A program made the translations under genes and the position numbers. The notes below the pieces were generated by a model, which was given only the letters and a program-made list of their open reading frames with translations, searched no databases and was not told the DNA's origin. A stretch of 63,222 bases of DNA, the filler included, from Octopus bimaculoides (lineage: Eukaryota), in the NCBI RefSeq assembly GCF_001194135.2. It is 5 parts of 5 records of this genome, joined end to end, with 100 filler letters (N's around TTAATTAATTAA, not from the genome) between each part and the next. Parts side by side here need not be neighbours in the genome. Positions count along the whole stretch, not along the records: positions 1 to 20,393 come from NC_068992.1; 4 more parts are not named here. One strand, 5' to 3'. How positions within the stretch are numbered: position 1 is the stretch's first letter; the number at the start of each line of letters is the position of its first letter. Shown in pieces: positions 1 through 13,444 of the stretch.

Positions 1-56
<56 letters not shown>
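1..56. repeat. (AG)n microsatellite
   Basis: Perfect AG dinucleotide run at the window start. Confidence 0.98.
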
Positions 57-59
<3 letters not shown>

Positions 60-347
60 CAGCGTGCTTCTATTTGAAGCTTCACCACTTCTTGCTAGGT
101 CTGCATTTTTAGTGCTATTTAGAGTTGCAGTCTTTAACTGTAACTCCAAATAGTGGCGGATTTTTGGTGATGGCCTTCCATGCATACAATCTTCGGCAAT
201 CATACAGCATTCTGTTCTCCATCTAAACAGTCTTAAACATTGTTTACCCATATCTCTAAATTTCCAGGCCGCTGTCAAGGTTATAGTCTTTCAGTACCGC
301 AAACAAAAATGCAGCTAAAATATAACAAGAAATTGAGGCTTCGTTTA

Positions 348-770
348 TGGAATGTCCGTCCGCCCCAGGACTAAGGCTTCACTCCAGAACTGAGGCAGCA
401 ATAACTCAAGCTGTTCATAAATATAACATTTCTTCACTCAATGAAGGTCATCTTGCAGTTATTTCTCAGTTAGAGATGATTGGTTGTTGGGGTTCGATGA
501 TGTGAAGAAGACCTTACTGCGCGAAAGTCTTTATCCTCTCCTTCTGGAGTCAAAGATCAGTTCATGACGTTTTCGCTTTAGTTCGAGAAAAACTTCTGCC
601 ACACTCCTGAGTTCTTACATTCTAAACATGTCTTCCCAGAACACTAGGATGATAATTCTTATGAGCAACTTTGTACAGGCATCTTAATGATCCAGCATTG
701 AAACAAAGCTGTTTTAATTGGAGACTTCAAACTCCAAGTCAGTGCTGACCATCAAGCATAGTTTGATATT
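348..770 (+). mobile_element. Decayed RTE-clade LINE, APE endonuclease domain fragment
   Basis: Manual translation across frameshifts gives WNVR, YNISSLNEGHLA, GVKDQFMT, DNSYEQL and AVLIGDFKLQVSADHQA. These are collinear with RTE/BovB endonuclease motifs (WNVR, YNIDIAALSETRL, GVNDRLMT, DKFYEDL, LILLGDFNARVG.DH). Stops and frameshifts are present. Confidence 0.65.
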
Positions 771-1098
771 TTTGATCTGCGAGGAACGGCGTTAACGAAC
801 ATAAAAGGTCTACGTATCTTTTTCCTTTTCCGTGAATTTGACATTGCAATCAGCAACAATTTCTACCAATAATGAACTATAAAAGGATTTGGATACATCG
901 GAGATGAAAGAATAGCTATATGAGTGATTAGATTATCACATAACGTGTTATGAAGTACATTAACATCACTCGTTTTGTTCCACTTCGCTTGTTATCCTGC
1001 AGATCACGCTCTTTCGTGTACTGCTACTTCCCTCCGCATTGCTCGAAAGAGTCATACTCCCAGAGGGAATTCGTGCTGGTTATTTGATTTCTCTGAAC

Positions 1099-1113
1099 GC
1101 GTACGTGTCTATG

Positions 1114-1167
<54 letters not shown>

Positions 1168-1228
1168 CACATACACATACACACACATACACCTACACAT
1201 CTCTTTCTCTTACACACATACACACACT
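1099..1228. repeat. (CA)n / degenerate CA-rich microsatellite
   Basis: Direct reading; source of the THTHTH ORFs. Confidence 0.95.
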
Positions 1229-1966
1229 GTTATTTAGAATTCCTGCTCACCAAATATATCTCCATGCGCAGTTTCAGAAATAAGGACAGTAAAAGAGTTT
1301 TCCATGTTTGGGCGAGAAAATGAAGTGAAAGAGACTGAAAGTTATACCTTCATTCATGAATAATGCTTTTCAATGGCGAGTATTTGACTAAAGATTGACT
1401 TGGAAAATTATCAGTCATGAAGTTCCTAATACTCTAAAACTCTATAAAGACTATTATACTATGACATTCATTAAAAACTGCATATCTTATATATTTCTGC
1501 AAATCCTGCTATTACTGTGCTTATTTGTCAATAAATATGTAATTACATACTTTCACACAGTATATAATGTACATCTGATATAAATAAGGATATGTATTCA
1601 TAAAAACAACAAAACAAACACCATCATACACAGTTTCTCTAATTTATGTATCATAAATGTCCATATGGTTTGCCAATAATGATGGATATCCAATATTAAT
1701 AACATATATGCAGTTATCTATCCCTAGACAAGTTTACGATAACACAGAATACTTTGTTCCTCATGATATTCACAATTTTCATTTTTTTATGTGTATTTTC
1801 TTTCTTTTTGTTAGTGATCAATACTTTATGCCAACAATTGAGGTCAATCTATAAAGTAAGCTAATTTATATTAGTTGTCACCAGTTTCGTTTTCGATTAA
1901 CAAACAAATTGTCCTTAGCTTTCTCATATGGCTCCCTCTCTCCTTTCTATAGATACACACATACAC

Positions 1967-2001
<35 letters not shown>

Positions 2002-2232
2002 TAGCGTCATCGATGAGCATTAATTGTGTACGAAATCACTGGTGGTCTGGTACTCTCTCCTGATGTAGAATGGATGTCACCCTTGTCAGCCAATAGATAA
2101 TGCACTGCCCGTGGCTAAGACTAGGAGTTGATTTGACCCTTATTTCTAGCAATGCTGGTGCAGACTTGCACCCTAAGACACTTTAGTGATTATTGCACTT
2201 GTTCGTTTTTGCTTTAAATTGAAACTAGCCAC

Positions 2233-2238
<6 letters not shown>

Positions 2239-2284
<46 letters not shown>

Positions 2285-2352
2285 CATACATACATATATA
2301 TATACATATATACATATATATACATATACACATATATATGTATATATACACG

Positions 2353-2384
<32 letters not shown>

Positions 2385-2452
2385 CACGTATATACATATA
2401 TATAAACATATATATACACATATATATACATATATATATATATACATATATA
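2239..2452. repeat. (TA)n / TACA degenerate microsatellite running into an N-gap
   Basis: Direct reading. Confidence 0.95.
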
Positions 2453-2787
2453 NNNNNNNNNNNNNNNNNNNNNNNNNNNNNNNNNNNNNNNNNNNNNNNN
2501 NNNNNNNNNNNNNNNNNNNNNNNNNNNNNNNNNNNNNNNNNNNNNNNNNNNNNNNNNNNNNNNNNNNNNNNNNATATAAGTTACATAAACATGAGACGAT
2601 TGTAAAAAAACTTATTATACATCTTATTCTATACTGTACATTCATACTTTGATAATATACGTGGGAATACAATTCTATATGTTAATATACCTCTTGTTGT
2701 GATTATTCCAAATATTCATTTTCCATTTTCTTTGATATATATATATATATATAAGTTCAAAAAAACAATAACAAAAAAACAACAAAG

Positions 2788-3200
2788 TGAGGACGTGATA
2801 TGGATAGTGTTATTGGACGCTCAGGAAAGGAAAGAAAGAGTGCATGACGTTTCGGGCGTAGCCCTTCGTCGGAAAGATGGAAAGTTCGGAGAATGGAAGA
2901 ACGGAGAAAGAGGAAATTGGTTCCGATGCCCACGAGGTTTGAAAAACTCATGGGCTGACCAAGTAACTCTGATGGAATGTGACCGAATGAAGTTTATTTT
3001 TTCAACATAGTCCCCCTCAAGTCCCACACATTTCTTCTATCAATGATTTAGTGCTTGGATGCCATTTCTAAAAGAGCTTTCACCATGTTGGTTAATAAAG
3101 GTAATCAACATCGAATGTGACGTCATCATCCCTGCGATACTGCTTCCCCGCCAGATGATTTTTCCGTTTTAGGGAAGAGGGGCCAAATAAGGCGAACAGA
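2788..3200 (-). mobile_element. Penelope-like element remnant with degenerate hammerhead-like terminal motif
   Basis: The minus strand at 2846-2872 reads CCGACGA-A-GGGC-TAC-GCCC-GAAA-CGTC. Upstream on the minus strand, a weak FDVDYLY resembles the PLE RT motif FDVxSLY. The 2788-2880 part recurs at 10574-10680. Confidence 0.4.
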
Positions 3201-3363
3201 CAAGGTAATCAACCAGTTCAAAGCCACAGTTATGCACAGAAGCCATTAAAACCAAGAACTAGAAAGAAACAATGTAGTTATTAATAAAAAGGCTGTCAAT
3301 TAATGCATACAAGATTTCACAGCTCTAGCATCACTCCATGGTAGTCAGCCCCATCTTGTATAT

Positions 3364-3655
3364 ATTTGTGTGTGTATGTGTCTGTGTGTGTATGTGTATG
3401 TGTATGTGTCCATATGTGTGTGTCTCTCTGTGTGTATGTGTGTGTCACTATGTGTGTATGTGCGTGTATGTGTTTGTGTGTATGTGTCTGTGTGTGTATG
3501 TGGCTGTGTGTATGTGTCTGTGTGTGTATGTGTGTGTGTGTGTATGTCTGTGTGTGTATGTGTGTATGTGAGTGTATGTAGGTGTGTTTGTATGTATGGC
3601 TGTATGTATGTGTCTGTGTGTATGTGTCTGTGTGTGTATGTGTATGCGTGTATCT
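3364..3655. repeat. Degenerate (TG)n/TGTA/TGTC compound microsatellite
   Basis: Direct reading; it is the internal microsatellite position of SINE family A, and the 3' half of that SINE follows it. Confidence 0.9.
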
Positions 3656-3855
3656 TTGTGCCAGTGATTACCTCCCAACACTGCTTCCTGGTGTGTTTAC
3701 GGTCCATAACTTAGCTCTCCGGCAAAACAGAACCGACAGCATAAGTAGCAGACTTTTAAAATATAAATATCGGGGTCGATTTGTCTGACACTAAAATTGT
3801 TCAAAGCAGTGCCTCCAGCATGGCCGTAGTGTCATGGCTGAAACAATTAAGAGAT
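3656..3855 (+). mobile_element. SINE family A, 3' half (diverged)
   Basis: GGTGTGTTTACG...TAACTTAG...CGGCAAAA...GGGGTCGATTT...CCAGCATGGCCG...ATGGCTGAAACAA, shared with copies at 7171, 9610, 35235, 59558 and 60080. Confidence 0.8.
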
Positions 3856-3903
3856 TCTTGATTATATAGATTATATATATATATACATATATATATATAT
3901 GTA

Positions 3904-3940
<37 letters not shown>

Positions 3941-4752
3941 CAAGTTTTTCTCTTAGCATCTTATACATTATGGACGCGGTGAAATCTGTTGAATCTCTCT
4001 TAATTGCTGAGTGTCAATGTCAGATAGTAACACTATTTTTGCTAGTGTTGCATGACTTCTGCGTATTGTTGGAAACTCCAACAGAACAACAACGACAAAA
4101 AAATGCTACGTTCTGAAATTGTCTTGCTGTGCGTTCATATTAAATATCGTAGGAAAAGAGGGGGGGGGGAAGATGGGGGAAGAGAGAACGTTAAAAACTT
4201 GACTTCATTATACTAGAACATTGTGACGACGTGTCTCTTCCGTTTCTCACCTCAGGAGGTGTCTTACATCCATAATCACTGATAAATCAGTAGTGATACA
4301 GATAAACACTGTGTACAACATCAAAGTATAGTTTATATAAATGTGACTAAAAAAGCTTATGCTAAGCAAGACCACCAAATAGACTAATAACACAAGAGTT
4401 ACTACAATATCAATATAAGTCCTCATTAGTATAATGAACTCTTGAAAGAACCCCACTAAACTCGGTTCAACTAACCTGAAACTGAATATCATTGGTCATT
4501 ACATGATACAGGTAATATAAACAAATTATTTCTGTCTTAGCGTTTATCTTATTCGTGTGGAAAGCTCTCTTGTTCTGTTGACAAAATCATGGTATTGCTG
4601 TATAACCAATGCGCCGGGACGATAAGAATAAAAAAAAAGCAGTAGTCAAGGACAGAGTTCGATGTCATTGATTACCACTATCCTCCAAAAATTCTGAATT
4701 TGTGCCAAAATTTGAGACCTATTAATTAGTAAATAACTGAGAGTTGAGAGAC

Positions 4753-5021
4753 CAGTGGTTCCCAACCTTTTCACTACCAAGAACCCCTTTCATTTAAATG
4801 AGTTTTTCCCACGGACCTTTTATTAACATACGTATCCTTATGTGTGTATATACACACACACTGGGGTCGATGTAATCGACTTAATCCCTTTGTCTGTCCT
4901 TGTTTGTACCCTCTATGTTTAGCCCCCTGAGGGCAATAAAGAAATATACATATATGAAATGTTGAATTTAGTTCATGGAACCCCAGTATTACCTTTGCAG
5001 ACCACAAGTTGGAAACAACTG
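4753..5021. mobile_element. hAT-like (Charlie-type) MITE with a SINE 3' fragment inside
   Basis: The termini CAGTGGTTCCCAAC (4753) and GTTGGAAACAACTG (ends 5021) are imperfect inverted repeats. The 8-bp flanks TGAGAGAC / CTATAGAC match at 5 of 8 positions. The internal CTGGGGTCGATGTAATCGACT (4861-4881) is SINE family B sequence. Confidence 0.6.
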
Positions 5022-6832
5022 CTATAGACCTTAATAGTAAATCACACATTCAAAATAATAACAAAAAAAGATTATCGAAATACAATAGCTCATTCGAAAA
5101 TTGTACTCCGCCACAATCTTCATCTTATGACTAGGTTATGAAGTTACTACCATGAAAATATAGAAATAAAAGCGCCAGAAAGCGTCATGTCTAGTCAAGA
5201 GAGAAAGTAAATGGTATAATTCTCGTAGGAATTAGAATTAAATGAGGTATTGATTATGTGTGGCTAAATATTAAATTTAAAGGTTATTCATAAACATATG
5301 ATTATTTAGATTGATCAAATGTAAAATACGGAAAATATGTTATTCTAATATTTAATATATTTACCAACCATTGTTGTCGGAGGTGTTGAGGTTCAAATGA
5401 TTCGTTTATGATATTTAATACAGTTTAAGCATTCTCATTTATTTTCGTAGGTGTAATCTATAACAAACATCAAACGTATTCATGAATAACTTTTTTTTTT
5501 TAAATAACGAATTTTAATATTAGTTCATGAATAATTCAAATTTGGCGAAAATACATTTATCATTGAATTTCAATCGTCCAAATTTGACAACGAAATCGGA
5601 AGATCGTTGAAAAACCGATGGACAAAGGTCGATAACTTAGAAGAAATATCAATCAAACAATTGTATTGGCCAATAAATTATTTTCCATTGAGGCATATAA
5701 TGATTGTACATTACTATTTGAAATAATCAGTGGGGACCTCTTCTCAGTAGCTTCAACAAATAGAAGCAATAAACTTTCTCTTCAATCACACTCGGGCCAC
5801 TTAATCAAAAGCTACAACTTAGTCATAAGGTCCATTCCTTGTGATGGGGTTGGATAAGCTGCCTAAATGAAGTTAGAAGTCTTTCAAAGAGAGCGAAAGC
5901 TACTGGTAGGTCCCCTCAAGCTCGACATGTCAAAGGATAAAACCCAGACTAAAAGAGACCACTGCCTCACTGAGGTAAAATTCGCTTTGTGTAAAGCCAA
6001 ATAAACGCCATGTTACAGGAGCAACGATGATAGTTCAAAACAAACGGCGCAAAATCAAAATATATATATTGTATAAACGACCGTGGGTAAGGCCAAAATA
6101 ATGCGAAGTAAATGCAAGGTAAATCACAAGAAAACAAATATGAATGTAGACTTAGCTTGTATTCGATATTTCGGAGCTATGACCCAATTTTTAAGAAATT
6201 TACGAATGTTGCCGATGCGCGTGTGTGTGAGCGTGTGTGGAGTGGATAAATATTGTTATATGTGTACGTATTTGCGTGTAAAGCTATGTAAGACCGTACA
6301 CATGGAATTCTTCGAAGACACGTTATCTGGAAATTTTACTGAAATTCAAGAAGCGCGCGCGCACACACACACACACACACATGATCACACGCATAGTTAT
6401 TTGCGTTTACGATGACAGTTATATATGAATTTTGCATAAAGAAAAACAGTTACTCACGTGATATAAACCTGCTGTCTTAATTGAATAAGTTTTATGCTGT
6501 TAGCAATATAGCATAGGGCATATCAAGTGGATATATACCATATTCATAAGTAGAGAGTACTTTGCTTAACAAAAACATGTAGTACAGCTGACTAAGTTTA
6601 CAATCTTAGTTCATAACTTGTTGACCTGATGATAAGCAGCTATTTGGATCTAGATTAAAAAGAGAAAAGATTTGTTGGAAGAAGAGAGAGGAAAATGGAC
6701 ATGTATATCTATAGCATTTAGTAAATGTACTGAGAAAATGTTTCACTTGCTGAAAATCTTAAATTAAGTGTGTATAAAAAAATAACTGTATGTATGTATG
6801 TGCGTGTGTGCATACATGCATTTATGTATGTA

Positions 6833-6886
<54 letters not shown>

Positions 6887-6950
6887 CATACATAACCAAG
6901 CGCGTACACACACATACACATATATATATAAGTATATATATATATATAGA

Positions 6951-7040
6951 TGGAACAAAAACGCAATAAAGGACAATAAGAAATCCGGACATATAGATGA
7001 TGCAAAGGCGGACAGGGAAAACAATAATTACAGGGACAGG
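6951..7040 (+). repeat. 90-bp interspersed repeat, copy 1 of 2 (copy 2 at 7971-8060)
   Basis: TGGAA.AA.AACGCAA...GGACA.ATAG.TGAT.CA.AGGC.GACAG...AAACAA.AATTA.AGGGACAGG in both copies. Confidence 0.75.
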
Positions 7041-7170
7041 AAAATAACAACAGGTATCTTTCAACTGAGGACGATTCAAGTTGAGCTGGTATGTATAAAG
7101 TCAAAGCCGAAAGGCAAGAATATAGGAGATGGACATAAGTTGAGCAAAAGTGTACTTACGCCGCTATATA

Positions 7171-7372
7171 CTCTTTACTCTTTTACTTCTTTCAGTCATT
7201 TCCCTGTGGTCATGCTGGAGCTCCGCCTTTTAGTCGAAGAAATCGATCCCAGGACTTATTCTTTGTAAGCCTAGCACTTATTCTATCGGTCTCTTTTTGC
7301 CAAACCGCTAGGTTACGGGGACGTAAACACACCAGCATTGGTTGTCAAGCGGGAACAAACAAAGACACACAA

Positions 7373-7445
<73 letters not shown>

Positions 7446-7743
7446 NNNNNNNNNNNNNNNNNNNNNNNNNNNNNNNNNNNNNNNNNNNNNNNNNNNNNNN
7501 NNNNNNNNNNNNNNNNNNNNNNNNNNNNNNNNNNNNNNNNNNNNNNNNNNNNNNNNNNNNNNNNNNNNNNNNNNNNNNNNNNNNNNNNNNNNNNNNNNNN
7601 NNNNNNNNNNNNNNNNNNNNNNNNNNNNNNNNNNNNNNNNNNNNNNNNNNNNNNNNNNNNNNNNNNNNNNNNNNNNNNNNNNNNNNNNNNNNNNNNNNNN
7701 NNNNNNNNNNNNNNNNNNNNNNNNNNNNNNNNNNNNNNNNNNN

Positions 7744-7782
<39 letters not shown>

Positions 7783-7945
7783 CGACGGGCTTCTTTCAGT
7801 TTCCGTCCACCAAATCCACTCACAAGGCTTTGGTCGGCCCGAGGCTATAGTAGAAGAATCTTGCCCAAGGTGACACGCAGTGGGACTGAACCCAGAACCA
7901 TGTGGTTAGTAAGCAAGTTACTTACCACACAGCTACTCCTGCGCC
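7171..7945 (-). mobile_element. SINE family A, full length (tRNA-derived head, internal (TA)n(TG)n, 3' body)
   Basis: The minus strand starts GGCGCAGGAGTAGCTGTGTGGTAAG, has B-box-like GGTTCAGTCCC, then CTTGGGCAAG, GAAAGAAGCCCGTCGTA, a microsatellite plus N-gap, and the CCAGCATGACC...ATGACTGAAAGAAGTAAAAGAG tail. Confidence 0.88.
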
Positions 7946-9609
7946 TATATGTATATATAAATATAAAAAATGGAATAACAACGCAACAGAGAGCAATAAA
8001 ACATCTGGACAGATAGTTGATACAGAGGCAGACAGAAGAAACAACAATTAGAGGGACAGGTAAAACAAGGATGGGTCATTCGGGGCCTCCTTTCGTTAGT
8101 CCTCATCATTTTCTACTCCCCTCCTCTCCTCCTCCTCTTCTTCCGCCTCCTTTTAGTTCCTTTTCCTCATTTCCGTCTTGCTGCTGATGCTGCTACTGCT
8201 GCCTATATTCTAATATTGTAGTTGGTGCAAAACCACAGTATTAATTGAACACGCCGTTTATTAAGTTTTATTCCAAACGGTTGCTATCCAGTGATTTTCC
8301 CATGCAATAAAGATTCAGATATCTGCGGTCCAATGTCCTACGATAGCTGGGGACACAGTGGCATCTTTGAATTTGAAATAAAAGACTTATCTCTTGCGTC
8401 TAATATATCGATTAACCACAGTGAATATACCTCGTTAGCTCAAGATGCTATAGTTTATTTAGACATTTAGATATAGTTACGATTGTATCGTTAAAGTATT
8501 TCTTTAAAACTGTAGAGTACGGATCGTGAATGCGAACGTATACTTCGTAGAACTATACAAAACTGCTTTAAAATGCCTATTCACGTTGTATAAGTGAAAG
8601 AAACCTCTTCTTTGCTACACATTCAACTTTAGATCGTACACGAGATAAATAGACTAAAATTGATTCTAAACGTAAGAGGTTCACAAAGATCAAGAATATC
8701 CGAATTAGAGGATCGCAATTACATTATGTCTCACTTCTGTATAGAAATCACGTTAAAATAACTTTCATAAAAGGTTGTAAAATTCGCATAGCAGATCGAC
8801 AGCTTCTAAAGAGCCAGCTTCTGGAATTTAACTTAATTATAACTTCATAAAATCATAGACAGAGTGATTAGTCGGAGAACCAGTAATTTATCTTTCGAAA
8901 ATAACTCAAACAGTAATGAATGATTTGCAAGTTTAGTAACGAATGTCACACAGTTCTATTTTAGCTGTTCTTTTCCCTACACCAGATATATTTACGTTTT
9001 CTTTATTATTTTTCTATATTACATGTGTTTTTTTTATTTTTTATTTCTTTCACTTGGTCGACGTTACTAAATCTCTTATTGACTGCATGTTAAAGAGATT
9101 ACTGTGATTAAATGATTCTAAATGACAATCATGAGATGTTGGTCTATTCTTGACAAGAAAACAATATGAAAAGAACACACATGACTTTTCATAAGTTGTC
9201 CATCCAACTGGTTCTCCGAGAAATTTTACTCACTAGCAACAAGAATATGAAAGAAAATCTAGCTGGTGGATTGACATGTTCAAAATAGTAACCAAATCTT
9301 TCAGAAATAAGTGTCTACAGGTTATAAAAATAAGAAAAACCCCAGCTTCACTTATGCAACCTGTGGTATGATATATGTCAACAGACGCGAGTCATTAATA
9401 GAATTAATCACAACATTTCTCGAACTTAATTGACACGGAACTAAAACAGCAACAAAACTAAACAAAAGAACAACGATATACATTATTGTCTGCCGACAAA
9501 ATATATATATACACGCATATATTTATAATATATATACACAGATATATATACACATGCATATCTTTATAATATAGATATGTGTGTGCATGTGTGTGTTGTG
9601 TGCGTGATT

Positions 9610-9790
9610 CTGTCTATGTTCGTCCCCACCACCGGTGTTGGTGAGTTTGCGACCTCATAACTTAGTAGTTCGGCAAAATTAAACGATAGTATATGTACTA
9701 CGCTTAAAAAAAGATAAGTACAGAGGTCGATTCATTTGGTTGAAACTCTTGAATGCTGTGCGCCAGCATGGTTGCAGTTTAAGTAAAAGC
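9610..9790 (+). mobile_element. SINE family A, 3' half (diverged)
   Basis: TAACTTAGTAGTTCGGCAAAA...GGTCGATT...GCCAGCATGGTTGCAG. Confidence 0.7.
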
Positions 9791-9808
9791 TGAGACTTTA
9801 TATGTATC

Positions 9809-10464
9809 CAGGGAGCGGTTAATAAATTGTCGTGTAAATTATACAAAAATTAAATTAACACTGACATTTCATTTTAACAGATATGTCTACCAAAATTACA
9901 TAAAAATAACTTAGTCGCCATTATTTTGAAACACGGCCTACAAATGACTTCGGAATCTCCTGCAACTCTTTTGGACGTCTCCGACTGAGTTCTGCTTGTG
10001 TGGCATAATGCAGTATCCTGTTGCTAGACCTAGGGTCTTCCAGCAGCAACTCTCTTGACCCAGAACAGCACTACCTCCTCCAGGAACATGATGTAGGCCC
10101 GCGTGTTGAGTCTGAGGACGTGTGGGGAGATGAATGGAGTTATAACGTCGCCATCACTAGTAAACACGCCAAAGACCATGATGCTGACTGGATGTTTGAT
10201 TTCTATCACCCTCAGTACATGTCGTCAGACTGAGACCCAAACACTCTGAAATGTTCGTATTGGATCTCCCGGCGCGAATAACAAGCAGTACAACATATTG
10301 TTTCCAAATTTGTAGCTAAGTGAATTGCGTCATGGTGCTGCCTTTCTCACAGATGGTTGCCAACTGATTCTAATAAACTGTGTAGTTGACAAACTCAGAA
10401 ACCCACAACGCAGTTGCGTGAAATCAAAAATATAAAATGTCAAAAATTTACCTATCGCAACCTG
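9809..10464 (-). mobile_element. Internally deleted Tc1/mariner (maT / DD37D-type) DNA transposon
   Basis: The minus strand reads KHPVSIMVFGVFTSDGDVITPFISPHVLRLNTRAYIMFLEEVVLFWVKRVAAGRP*V*QQDTALCHTS, a DDE-region transposase segment, then jumps to the C-terminus. Degenerate TIRs: CAGGGAGCGG.. at 9809 and ..TCGCAACCTG-TA at 10464. Confidence 0.8.
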
Positions 10465-10573
10465 TATGTGGGTGTGTGTGCGTGTGTGTGCGTGTGTGCG
10501 CACGTGTGTGTGTATATATATATATATAGTAAATTCTCAAAAGAAGAACAAACACAAAAAATCACAAAAACGC

Positions 10574-10680
10574 GAGGACGTGGTACATGTAAAATATTAG
10601 CAGACGCTCAGGAAAGGAAAGAAAGACGGTTTAACGTTTCGAGCAAAGCTCTTGTTCAGAAACAGAGGAAAGTCCAATAG
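10574..10680 (-). mobile_element. Second copy of Penelope-like terminal repeat with degenerate hammerhead-like motif
   Basis: Shares GAGGACGTG...GACGCTCAGGAAAGGAAAGAAAGA with 2788-2840. The minus strand at 10633-10659 reads CTGAACA-A-GAGC-TTT-GCTC-GAAA-CGTT. Confidence 0.45.
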
Positions 10681-10693
10681 AAAGTCCATATAT

Positions 10694-10850
10694 ACGACGG
10701 GCTTTTTTCAGTTTCCATCTACCAAATCCACTCACAAAACGTTAGTCGGCCCGTGGCTATAGTAGAAGACACTTGCCCAAGGTGCCACGCAGTGGGAATG
10801 AACAATGTGGTTGGTAAGCAACCTACTTACTACGCAGCCACTCCTGTGCC

Positions 10851-10851
<1 letters not shown>
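10694..10851 (-). mobile_element. SINE family A, 5' half (tRNA-derived head)
   Basis: Matches the reverse complement of the head at 36009-36170. Confidence 0.85.
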
Positions 10852-10919
<68 letters not shown>

Positions 10920-11639
10920 GTATGTATGTATGTATATATATATGTCTGTGTGTGTGTGTGTGTTTGCATGTGTGTGCGTGCGCATACATATGCATACACT
11001 CTTACAGAGATATATATATACGCTTGAAACTTCGAGTAACTTTTTTGCTACCTGTTTCTAATGTGTACGTACTTTCTTTTTTTTTTTTCATTTGAGTATT
11101 GTGTTAAGTATTTCTTTAAATGTCAACATATACATTCAGGTACTTGTTTAGATTGTCTTAGCTCAATAACAGGACCATTATTCATTCAATCAGACATAAA
11201 ATATCGAAGTCTTAACACAAAAATGACATCAACTAAGAATAACATTCTACATGAAATAAAACTTTTAAGATCATATACATGAAATATAAAAGAATAGAGA
11301 CCCTTCAACGAATCGGTTTTGTTTAGTTCGCTTGTTATGGTTGGTATATAAGAGACAATTTATGCTATACAAAGGACGCAGAAAATACTTAAAGAAGAAA
11401 TATTACCCGGCAATCATTCTGTCTTTGAGAAAAATTTGATTGACATAAAGTAGGATGACAATTGAAAATAAGATGTGGAGCAGATATAGAGGCTTCAAGG
11501 TATATCAGACGGAAAATACATTAACGTTTTTCAATTAACATTTACTCACGCAGAGACGAACGCATTTATATTCGTTGCCAACTATGAGAAATGTCACCAT
11601 TGCACTTGTTTCATGATTAATATTCTTCTAATTAACGAA

Positions 11640-11855
11640 GCGGGCGGTTGCAGAATCGTTAGCACGCCGGGCAAAATGTGTAGCAACATTTTGTCCATCC
11701 TTATGTTCTGGGTTCAAATACCACCGAGGTCGACTTTGCCCTTCATACTTTTGAGGTCGATAAAATTGTGTATTAGTTCAGTAGTGGGGTGGATGAAATC
11801 GTCTTACACACTCCCCCGAACTTTTCAGACCGTGTACTAAAATGTGAAATCAACA
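11640..11855 (+). mobile_element. SINE family B (tRNA-derived head plus GGTCGACTTTGCC.TTCAT.CTTT.G.GGTCGATAAA central domain)
   Basis: GCAGAATCGTTAGCACGCCGGGCAAAATG...GGGTTCAAATACC..CGAGGTCGACTTTGCC, same family as 46909-47123. Confidence 0.8.
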
Positions 11856-12240
11856 TTGTTTTTAATAACCATGATGATGATGACGACGAAGACGACGATG
11901 ATGACGATGATGACGATGATGATGGTGGTTATGATGATGAGGATGAATAATGAATAGGAACAAGAGGAAGAGAATGATGGAGGTGACAGTGACGACAATT
12001 TAATCAACAACTACAATAAGAATAGTTTCATTAGGGGATTCGTTGATGAAGTTGACTTCATTATTTGACTTGAACTTTGTTTATCGATCACAAAATGAAT
12101 TTGACAGGATTTAATGTTTAGAAGTTGAAGAATCCATCGAAACACAGTGACGCATTCTATCCGAGACTCTCGTGATTTTGTCTCAATAATAATAATAATA
12201 ATAATAACAGATGCACCGGGGACGTTTAACATGTATATAT

Positions 12241-12255
12241 ATACTCACACACACA

Positions 12256-12326
<71 letters not shown>

Positions 12327-12373
12327 AGAGAGAGAGAGAGAGAGAGAGAGAAAGAGGGAGAGATATAGATAGA

Positions 12374-12462
<89 letters not shown>

Positions 12463-12465
12463 GTA
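12241..12465. repeat. Compound microsatellite (CA)n(TA)n(GA)n(GATA)n(GACA)n(GATA)n
   Basis: Direct reading. Confidence 0.95.
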
Positions 12466-13444
12466 TTACATGTATTACAACACACGGTTATTTAGATATT
12501 GTTTATTTTCCTGTTTCGTTCATCAAGACACACAGAAATCAACAAGCATGCTGATGTTCGACCTGCTAAAATTACCCATTAAAATATTTACAAATCACGC
12601 TGTTTTGTCTGCTTGCAATAAAACTGGAGCGAAGAAGAATACATTATATAATTTAGTCGGTGATGTGCGATATTAAACAAACAAAAACCGAAAACTTATT
12701 GGATGACCACGTCTAGAATGCCTTTGATCAAAGATCTGCTTCATCAGTGCTAACCTAAAGTCAAACAAAACAAATACAAGTATATTAGCGAAACCAACTT
12801 CATATCCCAAAGTTGTTTGTGAAGAACAATACTTAAAGCCTAATAATTTCATTCTATTACAATATATACGATTATTTCCTTATATCTACATATATTTCTG
12901 TATTCAAGTTTTACATCAACAAGCTCTCTCTGACGCCAAATGTTATATTACAGACTTCGAGACTGCTACAGTTCTTTCTTCATCCAACTGGATTCGGTTA
13001 TATTGACAAAGTTTTTCCTTTGCTTCTTTACCGTCACCTGGCTAGCGGTTAGATAATACATTCCCAGGGTCATATTTTTAAATAACAGCAGGGCTTAACA
13101 TTGCGTAATTTTTGTCGATCTGACAGTCATACTGGTTTCTGATGCAGTAAACTATAATCTCTATAGTGTTTTCTGAAAGGCGCCATCTCTATTATTAATT
13201 TGGTTATTTTGTTGCAACAAAGAGTTGTTTTTTTCCCCCTAACATACAAACAAAAGAAAATACAAATAATAATCAGCAACAACAGTAATAACAATTGCAA
13301 CAAAAACCAATCAAGAAGTAGGAATAGCAAAGGAACAAAATCATTGCATAACTTTCCGATGTTTATATTTGCATAACAGACAAAATATATGCGCTGGCTT
13401 ATTTGGAAACAAAACTGATTTTCAAAAATATAATAAGTGTTATC

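Noticed and set aside
5666-5900. Possible CR1-type LINE 3' fragment
   Set aside because: Only a few short word matches (IISG, GH, KLP); too weak to call without a search.
10021-10233. 70-aa plus-strand ORF with protein-like composition
   Set aside because: It is the antisense frame of the maT-type transposase remnant.
11283-11520. Possible mariner transposase fragment (ILPGNHSV)
   Set aside because: A single weak motif with no TIR or second motif.
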